The notes under the pieces were generated by a model. It did not search any database. It was not told the DNA's origin and saw nothing but the letters and a program-made list of their open reading frames with translations. Position numbers and translations under genes: made by a program. From the IMG/VR virus record IMGVR_UViG_3300044617_002446, positions 17,324-81,323 of that record: a stretch of 64,000 nucleotides of DNA, one strand, 5' to 3'. Numbering within the stretch: the stretch's first letter is position 1; each line of letters starts with the position of its first letter. Positions 1-9,117 of this stretch are shown here, in pieces. Source of the DNA: a virus.

Positions 1-1437
1 AGAGGGTACCCTGTAAGCTGTTTTGGATCAGCGATCTCTGATACCATGGAGTCTATTTTAGAAAAAGTTGCAGAAATTGGGATTATGTCAAAAATGGGAG
101 GAGGAACTTCTGCTTATTTTGGAAATCTTAGAGCGAGAGGCTCGAAAATTTCAGTTGGGGGCGAGTCGAGCGGTCCAGTGCATTTTATGGAGCTTTTTAG
201 CACAGTTGCAGATGTCGTAAGCCAGGGGTCAGCGCGCAGAGGATCTTTTGCCGCAACGCTTCCAGTAGAGCATTCAGATATCGAAGAGTTTCTTCAAATT
301 AGATCAACAGGGCACCCAATTCAAAGCATGAGTATCGGCGTTTCAATCACCGACCAATGGATGAAAGAAATGGTAGATGGCGATAAATCAAAAAGAAAAA
401 TTTGGGCGTCAATAATAAAAAAGAGGTTTGAAACCGGCTATCCCTATATTTTCTTTGCTGATAATGCAAACAACAATGCGCCTGAAGTCTACAAAACTAA
501 AGGGTTAAAAATTAATAATTCAAACTTATGTCAAGAAATTATGCTCAGTAATTCGGATACCGAATCATTTGTTTGCGTATTGTCTTCTTTAAACCTTTTA
601 CATTGGGATGAAATAGAAAAAACAGATGCCATAGAAACATTGATTTACTTTTTGGATTCTGTAAGCGAAGAATTTATTCAAAAAAGCGAAGGTGTTAAAT
701 TTATGGAGGCTCCAAGGAAATTTGCAATTTCGCAAAGAGCATTGGGTATGGGTGTATTAGGATGGCATTCCTTCCTTCAATCTAAAATGATTGGATTTGA
801 ATCAATGGAAGCTAAAATACTCAATAACCAAATTTGGAAAATTATCAGGAGCAGGTCTGACCAAGCCACGGAGCAATTAGCGAAAATTTTTGGCGCGGCT
901 AATATATATTTAAACACACCGATAAACAGGAGAAATACTACCACACTTGCCGTTGCCCCGACTACAAGCTCAAGTGCAATTCTCGGACAAGTATCACCTT
1001 CTATCGAGCCATTAAATAGTAACTATTTTATAAACAAACTTGCAAAAGGAAACTTTACATACAAAAACCCCTTTTTGAAAAAACTTTTGAAAGAAAAGGG
1101 AAAAGACGACGAGGAGACTTGGAAGTCTATCCTTGTAAAAGGCGGTAGCGTTCAACACTTAAATTTTTTAAACGAAGTCGAAAAAAACGTCTTCAAAACA
1201 TTCGGTGAAATTTCCCAAAAAGAAATTGTAATACAAGCAGCGCAAAGACAAAAATATATAGATCAGGGACAATCACTAAATTTAATGGTGCCTCCAAATA
1301 CGCCAGCAAAAGAAGTTAGCGAGCTTTTAATAGAGGGCTGGAAACTTGGAATAAAAACATTTTACTATCAAAGAAGCGCAAATCCAGCACAAGAACTTTC
1401 GCGCTCAATTCTTTCATGCTCAAGCTGTGAATCTTAA
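1..1437 (+). CDS. nrdA: Ribonucleoside-diphosphate reductase alpha subunit (class Ia), 5'-truncated by the window
   Basis: Frame open from base 1 (RGYPVSC, first redox Cys); NSNLCQEI catalytic motif, APTTSSS, KTFYY tyrosine pair, C-terminal CSSCES. Confidence 0.95.
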   Translation, partial: RGYPVSCFGSAISDTMESILEKVAEIGIMSKMGGGTSAYFGNLRARGSKISVGGESSGPVHFMELFSTVADVVSQGSARRGSFAATLPVEHSDIEEFLQIRSTGHPIQSMSIGVSITDQWMKEMVDGDKSKRKIWASIIKKRFETGYPYIFFADNANNNAPEVYKTKGLKINNSNLCQEIMLSNSDTESFVCVLSSLNLLHWDEIEKTDAIETLIYFLDSVSEEFIQKSEGVKFMEAPRKFAISQRALGMGVLGWHSFLQSKMIGFESMEAKILNNQIWKIIRSRSDQATEQLAKIFGAANIYLNTPINRRNTTTLAVAPTTSSSAILGQVSPSIEPLNSNYFINKLAKGNFTYKNPFLKKLLKEKGKDDEETWKSILVKGGSVQHLNFLNEVEKNVFKTFGEISQKEIVIQAAQRQKYIDQGQSLNLMVPPNTPAKEVSELLIEGWKLGIKTFYYQRSANPAQELSRSILSCSSCES

Positions 1438-1440
1438 AAT

Positions 1441-1866
1441 ATGAATATTAGAATAAAACTAACAAACGAAAACGCTAAAGTACCATCTAAAACATCTCCA
1501 GATGAGGCTGGTTATGATTTGTATAGCTCCGAAGACTGTATCATAAAACCCATGGAAAGAAGACTCGTTAAAACAGGCGTGTCGCTTGCTATTCCGTATG
1601 GATACTACGGTCATATATCTGACAGAAGTGGTATGGCACTTAAAAAAGGAGCACATTGCTTAGGTAAGATAGTTGATCCAACTTACAGAGGCGAAATCGG
1701 CGTTATTATATTGAATACCGACATGTTCGAATCAATTAAAATTCAAAAAGGAGACAGAATGGCTCAAGTTATTTTCAAAAAGTACGAAAATGTAGAATTT
1801 ATACAAGAAGCCGCGCTCGACAAGACAGAAAGAGACGAAAAAGGGTTTGGAAGCTCAGGAAATTAA
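1441..1866 (+). CDS. dut: Trimeric dUTPase
   Basis: AGYDL, RSG, IVDPTYRGEI, GDRMAQ and R-x3-GFGSSG motifs. Confidence 0.95.
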   Translation: MNIRIKLTNENAKVPSKTSPDEAGYDLYSSEDCIIKPMERRLVKTGVSLAIPYGYYGHISDRSGMALKKGAHCLGKIVDPTYRGEIGVIILNTDMFESIKIQKGDRMAQVIFKKYENVEFIQEAALDKTERDEKGFGSSGN

Positions 1867-1896
1867 AATAAAAATAAAATCAATTTAATTTTATTT

Positions 1897-1901
1897 GTGT
1901 A
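1897..1901 (+). promoter_or_regulatory. GTGTA putative phage late-promoter motif
   Basis: Intergenic GTGTA 10 nt before the ATG at 1912; same motif recurs upstream of at least 7 other gene starts. Confidence 0.55.
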
Positions 1902-1911
1902 TTAATTATTA

Positions 1912-2322
1912 ATGGAAAAAATAGATGTTTCAATAAAAGAGTTGGCAAATTCTATAAAAAATAACAATGAACAAGTTTTGGAAAATCTAAGACTCAGGTT
2001 TCAAAACGAACTAATGTTCAATATAATATTTTTTCTTTTTAATAATTGGGCAAATAGTCAAAGAAGCGAATTCGGTTCTAATCTAGAAGAAGACGATCCA
2101 GCTCAAAGATTTTTTAATGCATGGTATCACGAAACAAAGAAAAGAGTTAAAAAAGAAATGTTAGAAGTAAATAAAAACTTGACCTCTAATACTTTTGAAT
2201 ATTTAAACGCAATCTCTTCCAATTCTTTACCAAGCACCGAAGATTACCAATCAATATACAACACCGCATTAAGCGATATTAAAAAAATGTTCTCTAAAAA
2301 TACCAAGCCCCCCAAAATATAA
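1912..2322 (+). CDS. Hypothetical helical protein
   Basis: 136-aa ORF tightly packed between neighbours; no recognisable motif. Confidence 0.7.
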   Translation: MEKIDVSIKELANSIKNNNEQVLENLRLRFQNELMFNIIFFLFNNWANSQRSEFGSNLEEDDPAQRFFNAWYHETKKRVKKEMLEVNKNLTSNTFEYLNAISSNSLPSTEDYQSIYNTALSDIKKMFSKNTKPPKI

Positions 2323-2324
2323 TT

Positions 2325-2972
2325 ATGGAAGAAGGCTTTACTCAAAAATTAAAAAAAACATTTAAAGACTATATTGGATATATAGTAATATGCGTATTTA
2401 TTATTTTAGGAACAGTTGCGAAAGACATTTCTGTTAAATATTTTCAAAATCAAGAATGGAGTTTTTATTCTTTAAATAAAGACGCGAAAAGGAATGTTAA
2501 AATAACAGAACTTGTTTCTCAAATAAGAGAAATAGCAAATGCTGAAAATGTAACAGTTTTTCTTTTTCATAACGGGGGCTTTTTTAGTTCTGGAGTACCA
2601 TATAGAAAAAAATCACCCGCATTTGAATCAAACTCACCACTAAAAATTGGCAAAAACTACAAATACGAAAACGTACCGCTCACACAGGTTTCAGAATTAA
2701 TAAAAGAACTTACAGAAAACAATCAGGGTTTTTTTGTTAGAACTTCTTCAATTCAAAACGGAACATGGAAAGCGATGTTATTGGAAAGCGGCTACGAATA
2801 CAATTTTTATACAAGCCTTAGAATTGGCGAAAAAATGATAGGGTATATAAAAATATCTTGGGAACTTGAGCTTGAAAATGCAGAAAAGCAAAGACTTTCA
2901 AATCAAGTAAGTAGTTTTTCTTTAATAATAAGCTCACTGCTTGCTGAAAAAGAGCTTGATTTATTTAAATAA
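2325..2972 (+). CDS. Single-TM protein with probable GAF-like C-terminal domain (possible holin of T4 T-like architecture)
   Basis: One N-terminal hydrophobic segment (YIGYIVICVFIILGTVA), then VFLFHNGG ... LRIGEKMIGYIKISW GAF-like pattern; 215 aa. Confidence 0.4.
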   Translation: MEEGFTQKLKKTFKDYIGYIVICVFIILGTVAKDISVKYFQNQEWSFYSLNKDAKRNVKITELVSQIREIANAENVTVFLFHNGGFFSSGVPYRKKSPAFESNSPLKIGKNYKYENVPLTQVSELIKELTENNQGFFVRTSSIQNGTWKAMLLESGYEYNFYTSLRIGEKMIGYIKISWELELENAEKQRLSNQVSSFSLIISSLLAEKELDLFK

Positions 2973-2983
2973 ATAAATATAAT
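2956..2983 (+). promoter_or_regulatory. Sigma70-like promoter
   Basis: TTGATT (2956-2961), 16-nt spacer, TATAAT (2978-2983), 9 nt before the ATG at 2993. Confidence 0.45.
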
Positions 2984-2992
2984 CAATCTAAT

Positions 2993-3244
2993 ATGATTAG
3001 ATTGAAAATTTCATCAATAGATTTTTCAGAAAAATCGCCAGGAGCTTTAGAAGAAATTAAGATAGAGGGACTTGTTGGCAAGTCTTTAAATTCATCTATA
3101 GATAAAGATGAAATTATAAAAGCCATAAAAGAGGGAGAAGATTTTATTCTATTAACAAATAAAAAACTAATAGAAAAAGTTTCCGGCCGCTCCGGTAAAA
3201 AATCAAATCCATTAATGTTAAATTTTGAAGATTACTCTGAATAA
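2993..3244 (+). CDS. Hypothetical protein
   Basis: 83-aa ORF whose stop overlaps the next start (TAATG). Confidence 0.65.
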   Translation: MIRLKISSIDFSEKSPGALEEIKIEGLVGKSLNSSIDKDEIIKAIKEGEDFILLTNKKLIEKVSGRSGKKSNPLMLNFEDYSE

Positions 3245-4182
3245 TGAATATTAATATCAGAATGGAGGGAGGTCTTGGCGATCACCTACTTGCAAATAGA
3301 TTTGTTCCCGCTATATTAGATAAATATACAGACGCAAAAATTAAAATATTTTCCGACACGGAGAATAATTCAAAAAGCCTAGAAATGTTGCTGCATTTTT
3401 TCCCTTCGTTTTACCAAAGGGGAGGGGAAGTAATAAAAGAGAGAGCAAACAAAAACTATAAAATAATATCACAATTTGGCGAAGAAATTTACCCAGCCGC
3501 AATAGAAAACCAAACGGAATATATCAAAAACAAAATGATAAAAGAATGTGATATTTTTTATGATCTACACATAGACGGACTTAATTGGGTTAATCACGAC
3601 TATGACTGGATAAGATATTATTTTCATTTTCCAAAACCAGAAAAAGTTGAAAGTAAAATTAAAAACAAAGATGAAGATTTTGTTTTATGTCACCTTTATT
3701 CAAGACCAGATTCTATCTATAATGTAGAACAATGGTATGCAGAAACCTTAATAGAAGAAGTTGCAAAATCTATAAAAGTAAAAATAATTACAGAAAAGCA
3801 ATATTCTGATTTTTATTTTAAATTAAAAAACAACAAGAATATAGAAATTTTAACACCAGATATTTTTGAAATATTTGAAATTTCTTCTAAATGTTCTTGT
3901 TATATAGGAATAGATTCAGGAATAAGATATATTCCATACCATTTTTCAAAGCCTACATTTGTACTTTCAAATTATTGCAACAGTATAGGAAACGTAGTTT
4001 ACTCTCATCTAATAAGATGGCTTATATTTAAAAATCAAACATTACCCATGCATTTTAATGTAAAAAAAACTGCAAAAATAATAATAAATTCTATAAACAA
4101 CAAAGCATCTTATTTATTTCCTGAAATAGAAGAGAATTACGACAACCTTTTAGTAAAAAGAAACTATAAAAATTTTATTTAA
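3244..4182 (+). CDS. GT-B glycosyltransferase, GT9 (heptosyltransferase)-like
   Basis: N-terminal GGLGDHLL and C-terminal YIGIDSG motifs. Confidence 0.7.
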   Translation: MNINIRMEGGLGDHLLANRFVPAILDKYTDAKIKIFSDTENNSKSLEMLLHFFPSFYQRGGEVIKERANKNYKIISQFGEEIYPAAIENQTEYIKNKMIKECDIFYDLHIDGLNWVNHDYDWIRYYFHFPKPEKVESKIKNKDEDFVLCHLYSRPDSIYNVEQWYAETLIEEVAKSIKVKIITEKQYSDFYFKLKNNKNIEILTPDIFEIFEISSKCSCYIGIDSGIRYIPYHFSKPTFVLSNYCNSIGNVVYSHLIRWLIFKNQTLPMHFNVKKTAKIIINSINNKASYLFPEIEENYDNLLVKRNYKNFI

Positions 4183-4866
4183 ATGACTACAAAAAAAGAC
4201 GTAACCATTAACGGAATAGCCACCCAAGAAAAATATTTTGAAAATACTTTAAAAGCAGTAATCTATTCAAAAAAAATATCAGGCATACCAAATGCTCAAA
4301 TGATTTCTTTCAAAAAGTTTTTTCACGAAGAAGTAAAATGTGTTTATGTTCCAGATTTAATAAAAATTGATTCTGTTCCAAAGTGGAATTTTTTTCTTAT
4401 AAAAAACTTATATCAGTTTATAAATACTGATTTTTGTTTAAATGTGCATGACGATGGATTTGCAATCAATGCATCGGCATGGAAAGATGAATTTTTAAAT
4501 TATGATTATATAGGGGCATTATGGCCAGTTGGCTGCCATGAACCAATTGTTACAGAAAAAGACAGATGCGGAAACGGAGGCTTCTCATTAAGAAGTAAAA
4601 AACTTTTAGAAATTGCCGCCTTGTACTGTCCAGCATATGCTTATCCAAACGAAGACAGAGTTATTTGTGGGCTACATAGAGATATTTTCACCAAAAGAAA
4701 TATAAAATTTGCACCAGATCACATAGCTGCACAATTTTCAATAGAAGACGAAACAATACCTGAAGCCGCCGGTCAAACCCACAAAAATAGGTTTTCTATA
4801 AAAAGCTTTGGCTTCCATCAAAAAAATTCAGATGCAATTAAATTTTTAGAAAGCGTTCAAGTATGA
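4183..4866 (+). CDS. DUF5672-like putative glycosyltransferase
   Basis: HDDGF, YDYIGA, GNGGFSLRSKK, NED and FGFH motifs. Confidence 0.75.
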   Translation: MTTKKDVTINGIATQEKYFENTLKAVIYSKKISGIPNAQMISFKKFFHEEVKCVYVPDLIKIDSVPKWNFFLIKNLYQFINTDFCLNVHDDGFAINASAWKDEFLNYDYIGALWPVGCHEPIVTEKDRCGNGGFSLRSKKLLEIAALYCPAYAYPNEDRVICGLHRDIFTKRNIKFAPDHIAAQFSIEDETIPEAAGQTHKNRFSIKSFGFHQKNSDAIKFLESVQV

Positions 4867-5717
4867 TATTGCTAACTGGATCAACTGGTTATATAGGTTC
4901 TGAGTTTAAAAAGCAGCTTGAAAAAAAAAGTTTGATGCACTGCACAATTTCGCATAAAGAGATCAATAAAAAAAATTTAAAATCTATTATAAAATATAAA
5001 AATATAACACATATAATTAACTGTGCTGCATTTGTTGGCAAGCCCAATATAGAACAATGCGAAAAAGAAAAAGAAAAAAGCATAAACGGTAACATATTAG
5101 TTCCATTTCTTTTGAAAGAAATAGCAGAAGACTTCGACATTACAATGTGCCATATTTCTACTGGGTGCATTTATAACGGGTTATCGCCCGATCCTTTGGG
5201 ATGGAATGAAATGAACGAACCCAATCTTAGTTTCGAATTAAATAATTGTAGCTTTTATACTGGAACAAAATTAAGCGCAGAAAATATAATTAAAAACTAT
5301 GAAAAATCATATATATGGAGAATCAGGCTTCCATTTGAAAATAAACATAATCAAAGAAATTATATATCCAAAATAATTAATTACGAAAACCTCCTTCTGG
5401 AAAAAAATTCTATTTCTCATAAAGAAGAATTTGTCAGCGCATGCATTCAGTCAATAGAATTGAATATTCCATTTGGAACATATAATATAACAAATACTGG
5501 TTCAATTTCAGCATATGAAATTTTTGAAAAATTAAAAAAAACGATCACCCCAAATAAAGAAGCTAAATTTTTGTCTATTGATGATTTTTATAAAAAAGTT
5601 AGCAGTATGCCGAGGTCCAATTGTATTCTAGATAACTCAAAAATATTAGCAACCGGAATAAAACTTACAGAAGTAAATGAGCAAGTAGATAAATGCATAA
5701 AAGAATGGAAATGGTAA
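4863..5717 (+). CDS. NDP-4-keto-6-deoxyhexose reductase/epimerase (RmlD / NRS-ER-like SDR)
   Basis: TGSTGYIG Rossmann motif, AAFVGKPNIEQCE, STGCIY, YTGTK catalytic YxxxK. Confidence 0.85.
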   Translation: MILLTGSTGYIGSEFKKQLEKKSLMHCTISHKEINKKNLKSIIKYKNITHIINCAAFVGKPNIEQCEKEKEKSINGNILVPFLLKEIAEDFDITMCHISTGCIYNGLSPDPLGWNEMNEPNLSFELNNCSFYTGTKLSAENIIKNYEKSYIWRIRLPFENKHNQRNYISKIINYENLLLEKNSISHKEEFVSACIQSIELNIPFGTYNITNTGSISAYEIFEKLKKTITPNKEAKFLSIDDFYKKVSSMPRSNCILDNSKILATGIKLTEVNEQVDKCIKEWKW

Positions 5718-5719
5718 AT

Positions 5720-6850
5720 ATGGAAAAAGAAATCATAAATCTTGGAAAGCTACCGCTGGTCAATAATCTCTTTAACTCTAAAGAAGAAAGCTTAAATGCA
5801 AAAAGGTTTGACTTAAGAATTATACAAAAAGAAAATTATCTAATGAAATTAGATACAGAAATTTCTTCAAGGGACATGTTTGAAACCTATCTTTACAGAT
5901 CATCTATAAATAAACCCTACGTAGAGCATTGTAAAAAAATGTGGAATTACGCCAAAAAGTTTAATCCTAAAAAAATTGCTGATATAGGCGGCAATGATGG
6001 AGCACTTTTAAATGCTTTCAAAGAAGCTTCAAGAGAAAAACTAGACTTAACTAATATAGATGCAAGTTCATCTTTTAAATTAGATAACGAATCAAATGGT
6101 ATAAAATATATACAAGATTATTGGGGAGACTTAATTTTTAAAGAAAAATTTGATCTCATAACCTCAACAAATGTTTTTCAACACAATCCACATTATGAAA
6201 AATTCCTTCAAGGAATTAGGAATAATTTAAAAGGAATATGGATATTAGAGTTTCCTTATTTTTTAGAAACTGTAAAAACTAATCAATTCGATCAAATATA
6301 TCACGAACATGTATATTATTGGTTATTGACCCCACTATATACTATTTTTAAAAAATACGGATTAAAAATAATAGACGTTTCCTTAGAAGATATACACGGC
6401 GGATCAATGCGCATAATTTCTTCCAACAGAGAAGGCGACCAAGAAAATTTAGAAAAAATAAATAAATTTATTGAAGAAGAAAAGAACTTTAATTTTTCAA
6501 ACTGGGGCAAAAAAATTGAAAAAAAACTACAACAAGACAATTTGTTTATAAACAATTTACCTGGATCTGTTGCGGCTTTTGGAGCCGCAGCAAAAGGCTG
6601 CGTATATTTAAATTGCATTGGAAAAAATAAAATACAATATATAATAGATGACACACCAGGAAAACAAAATTTATTTAGCCCCGGTACCGGACTAAAAATA
6701 GTTGATAGAAACTTTATAAAAAATAACCAACCAGACAATATAATAATACTAGCTCATAATTTTAAAAATTATATAGCAGACTCACTTAAAAACGATGGAT
6801 ACAATGGTAAAATCTATACCATGCTTCCAGAAATACAAGAAATAATTTAA
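5720..6850 (+). CDS. NDP-hexose C-methyltransferase (class I SAM-dependent, C-methyltransferase C-terminal domain); start could be 5711
   Basis: LGKLPLVN, DIGGNDG, FDQIYHEH, HGGSMR, FGAAAKG, DDTPGKQ motifs. Confidence 0.85.
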   Translation: MEKEIINLGKLPLVNNLFNSKEESLNAKRFDLRIIQKENYLMKLDTEISSRDMFETYLYRSSINKPYVEHCKKMWNYAKKFNPKKIADIGGNDGALLNAFKEASREKLDLTNIDASSSFKLDNESNGIKYIQDYWGDLIFKEKFDLITSTNVFQHNPHYEKFLQGIRNNLKGIWILEFPYFLETVKTNQFDQIYHEHVYYWLLTPLYTIFKKYGLKIIDVSLEDIHGGSMRIISSNREGDQENLEKINKFIEEEKNFNFSNWGKKIEKKLQQDNLFINNLPGSVAAFGAAAKGCVYLNCIGKNKIQYIIDDTPGKQNLFSPGTGLKIVDRNFIKNNQPDNIIILAHNFKNYIADSLKNDGYNGKIYTMLPEIQEII

Positions 6851-6856
6851 AAAAAA

Positions 6857-7420
6857 ATGAAACTTAAAGAAATACTAGACTCAACAGAACTGTTAAATAC
6901 GACGCATTTTACAGGAACAGATAAAAATACGACGCATGGATTTATCGATTTTTTTTATGAAAGAGAATTTGAAAAGTATAAAGATAAAAAAATCTCTCTA
7001 CTAGAGATAGGTATGGAGGTTGGCGGCTCTATATATTTATGGGGTAAATATTTTCAAAACGGAGAAATAACAGGGGTTGATGTTGAAGATAAAATTCATG
7101 AAAGATGGAAATCTTTACCAAATACAAAATTTATAATAAATGACGCATATGAAATTGCGTTTATAGAAACGCTTCCGAACTTTGATATTATTATTGATGA
7201 CGGACCACATACGCTAGATTCACAAATTCTTTGCATAGAGAGATATTTGCCAAAGTTAAAAGAAGGCGGAATTATGGTTATAGAAGATGTACAGGACGCA
7301 AGCCACTTAGAAATCTTAAAAAAACATACACCAGTAGAGCTACAAAATAAAACCGAGATGATAGATCTTAGATTTTCTAAGGGAAGATATGATGATCTAC
7401 TATTTGTAATTAGAAAATAA
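6857..7420 (+). CDS. Class I SAM-dependent (sugar O-)methyltransferase
   Basis: TDK..H, LLEIG, FDIIIDDGPH, LKEGGIMVIED motifs. Confidence 0.8.
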   Translation: MKLKEILDSTELLNTTHFTGTDKNTTHGFIDFFYEREFEKYKDKKISLLEIGMEVGGSIYLWGKYFQNGEITGVDVEDKIHERWKSLPNTKFIINDAYEIAFIETLPNFDIIIDDGPHTLDSQILCIERYLPKLKEGGIMVIEDVQDASHLEILKKHTPVELQNKTEMIDLRFSKGRYDDLLFVIRK

Positions 7421-7423
7421 TAT

Positions 7424-8455
7424 ATGAAAAAAGTTATTATAACCGGCGCTACTGGAATGGATGGCAGTTTAATGGCTGATTATTTATTAAATAACACAGA
7501 TAATCTAGTTGTAGCCGGAATAAGAAGGCTAAGCAATACTAATCATAAAAACATAGACCATTTAAAATTAAACCCCAGGTTTAAACTAATTGATTTAGAT
7601 GTAACTGATTCTAATAATGTAGAGCAAGTAATAAGGCTAGAGCAACCGGATTTTTTTATAAATTTTGCGGCAAACTCATTTGTTGGCAATAGCTGGACAA
7701 TGCCAGTCAACCATATGCAAACGAACTGCATGGCGGTTTTATATCAATTAGAGGCTATAAGAAAATTTGTTCCTAATTGCAGATATTATAACGCAGGATC
7801 TTCCGAAGAATTTGGTGACGTTGTTGCTGTTCCACAAAATGAAAATCACCCACTAAGACCAAGAAGCCCATATGGGGCATCAAAAGCCGCAGCAAGAATG
7901 CTTGTTAAAGTATATAGAGATTCTTATAATTTATATGCTATACAGGGCTGGCTATTTAATCATGAAGGCGTTAGAAGAGGAATTGAATTTGTTACAAGAA
8001 AAATAACATCAAATATAGCAAGAATTAAAAAGGCTTTAGATACCGGTGTAAATTTTGAACCGGTTGAGCTTGGCAATTTAGATGCAAAAAGAGATTGGTC
8101 GGATGCAGAAGATTTCGTTGAAGGTGTGTGGAAAATGCTGAATCAAGAAACACCAAAAGAATACGTGCTTTCTTCTAACGAGACGCATACAATTAGAGAG
8201 TTTTTAGAACTATCTTTCAAAGAAGTTGATATACAAGGATACTGGGAAGGAAAAAATCTCGATGAAAAATTTATACATGGCAAAACCGGACAGGTAGTTT
8301 TGCAAATAAATTCAAAATTTTACAGACCAGCCGAAGTAGATATTTTATTTGGAGACTCATCTTTAGCCAGAAAAGAATTAAATTGGACACCTAAAATATC
8401 TTTTGAGCAACTTGTAAAAAAGATGGTTCAAAATGATTTAAATTTGTGTAATTGA
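7424..8455 (+). CDS. gmd: GDP-mannose 4,6-dehydratase
   Basis: ITGATGMDGS, AANSFV, SSEEFG, PRSPYGASK, LFNHE, FVTRKI, LGNLDAKRDW, YRPAEVD. Confidence 0.93.
   Translation: MKKVIITGATGMDGSLMADYLLNNTDNLVVAGIRRLSNTNHKNIDHLKLNPRFKLIDLDVTDSNNVEQVIRLEQPDFFINFAANSFVGNSWTMPVNHMQTNCMAVLYQLEAIRKFVPNCRYYNAGSSEEFGDVVAVPQNENHPLRPRSPYGASKAAARMLVKVYRDSYNLYAIQGWLFNHEGVRRGIEFVTRKITSNIARIKKALDTGVNFEPVELGNLDAKRDWSDAEDFVEGVWKMLNQETPKEYVLSSNETHTIREFLELSFKEVDIQGYWEGKNLDEKFIHGKTGQVVLQINSKFYRPAEVDILFGDSSLARKELNWTPKISFEQLVKKMVQNDLNLCN
8446..8450 (+). promoter_or_regulatory. GTGTA putative late-promoter motif
   Basis: GTGTA at the end of gmd, 9 nt before the ATG at 8460. Confidence 0.5.
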
Positions 8456-8459
8456 TAGT

Positions 8460-8651
8460 ATGCACCATGTTATGGACGGTCAAGAAAAAATGGACACATG
8501 CGCCCATAGATCAGACGCAAAAGAGGTTTTTGTAGGGTGTCCATGCAGGGGACAGAAAAAAACTGTTTATGAATGTATAGCCAGAAGCATACCAGAAATC
8601 CACTCTGCAATTTGCGCGGGCTGCCCTTTATATAAAAATAAAAATAGTTGA
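8460..8651 (+). CDS. Small Cys-rich hypothetical protein
   Basis: 63 aa with six Cys including CPC and CAGC; fills the gap and has its own GTGTA motif. Confidence 0.6.
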   Translation: MHHVMDGQEKMDTCAHRSDAKEVFVGCPCRGQKKTVYECIARSIPEIHSAICAGCPLYKNKNS

Positions 8652-8676
8652 CTTTTATTAAAAAAAAGAATATCCT
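8648..8676 (+). promoter_or_regulatory. Sigma70-like promoter for the replication genes
   Basis: TTGACT (8648-8653), 17 nt, TATCCT (8671-8676). Confidence 0.45.
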
Positions 8677-8691
8677 ATAATCACTAAAAAA

Positions 8692-9117
8692 GTGATTAGT
8701 GAAAATACATTTAAAAATACTTTTAGTATAAAAAAAGCAAAAGAGGCTTTTTCTCTTAAAAGGTTTAAATCAGATTTTATTTTAAACTGTTTAAAACTTC
8801 CCAAAAGCAGACAAAAAGAAATAAATTGGGCAAAAGAGATGAAAATCATGAACACTCTAACTCAAAGATGTTCAGATCCAAAATTTTGGCTTCATTCGAT
8901 TCCAGATTTTCAAATTCCGTCCCTGGCTTGGTTTCTTACAGACAACGGGAGAAAATTTTTAAATGAAAAACATAAAAGATTTTATTCAAAAATTCAAACA
9001 ATTGAAAAAATAGATAAAAGCATTAGTATATTAAGCGACCAATCACAAGGTGAAGATATAATAAATTCAACTTCAAAAATTAAAACATTGAAAGATTTTT
9101 TAAATAAAAAACTATGA
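8692..9117 (+). CDS. Hypothetical basic protein
   Basis: 141-aa ORF with GTG start; ATGA overlap with the recA-like gene. Confidence 0.65.
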   Translation: MISENTFKNTFSIKKAKEAFSLKRFKSDFILNCLKLPKSRQKEINWAKEMKIMNTLTQRCSDPKFWLHSIPDFQIPSLAWFLTDNGRKFLNEKHKRFYSKIQTIEKIDKSISILSDQSQGEDIINSTSKIKTLKDFLNKKL

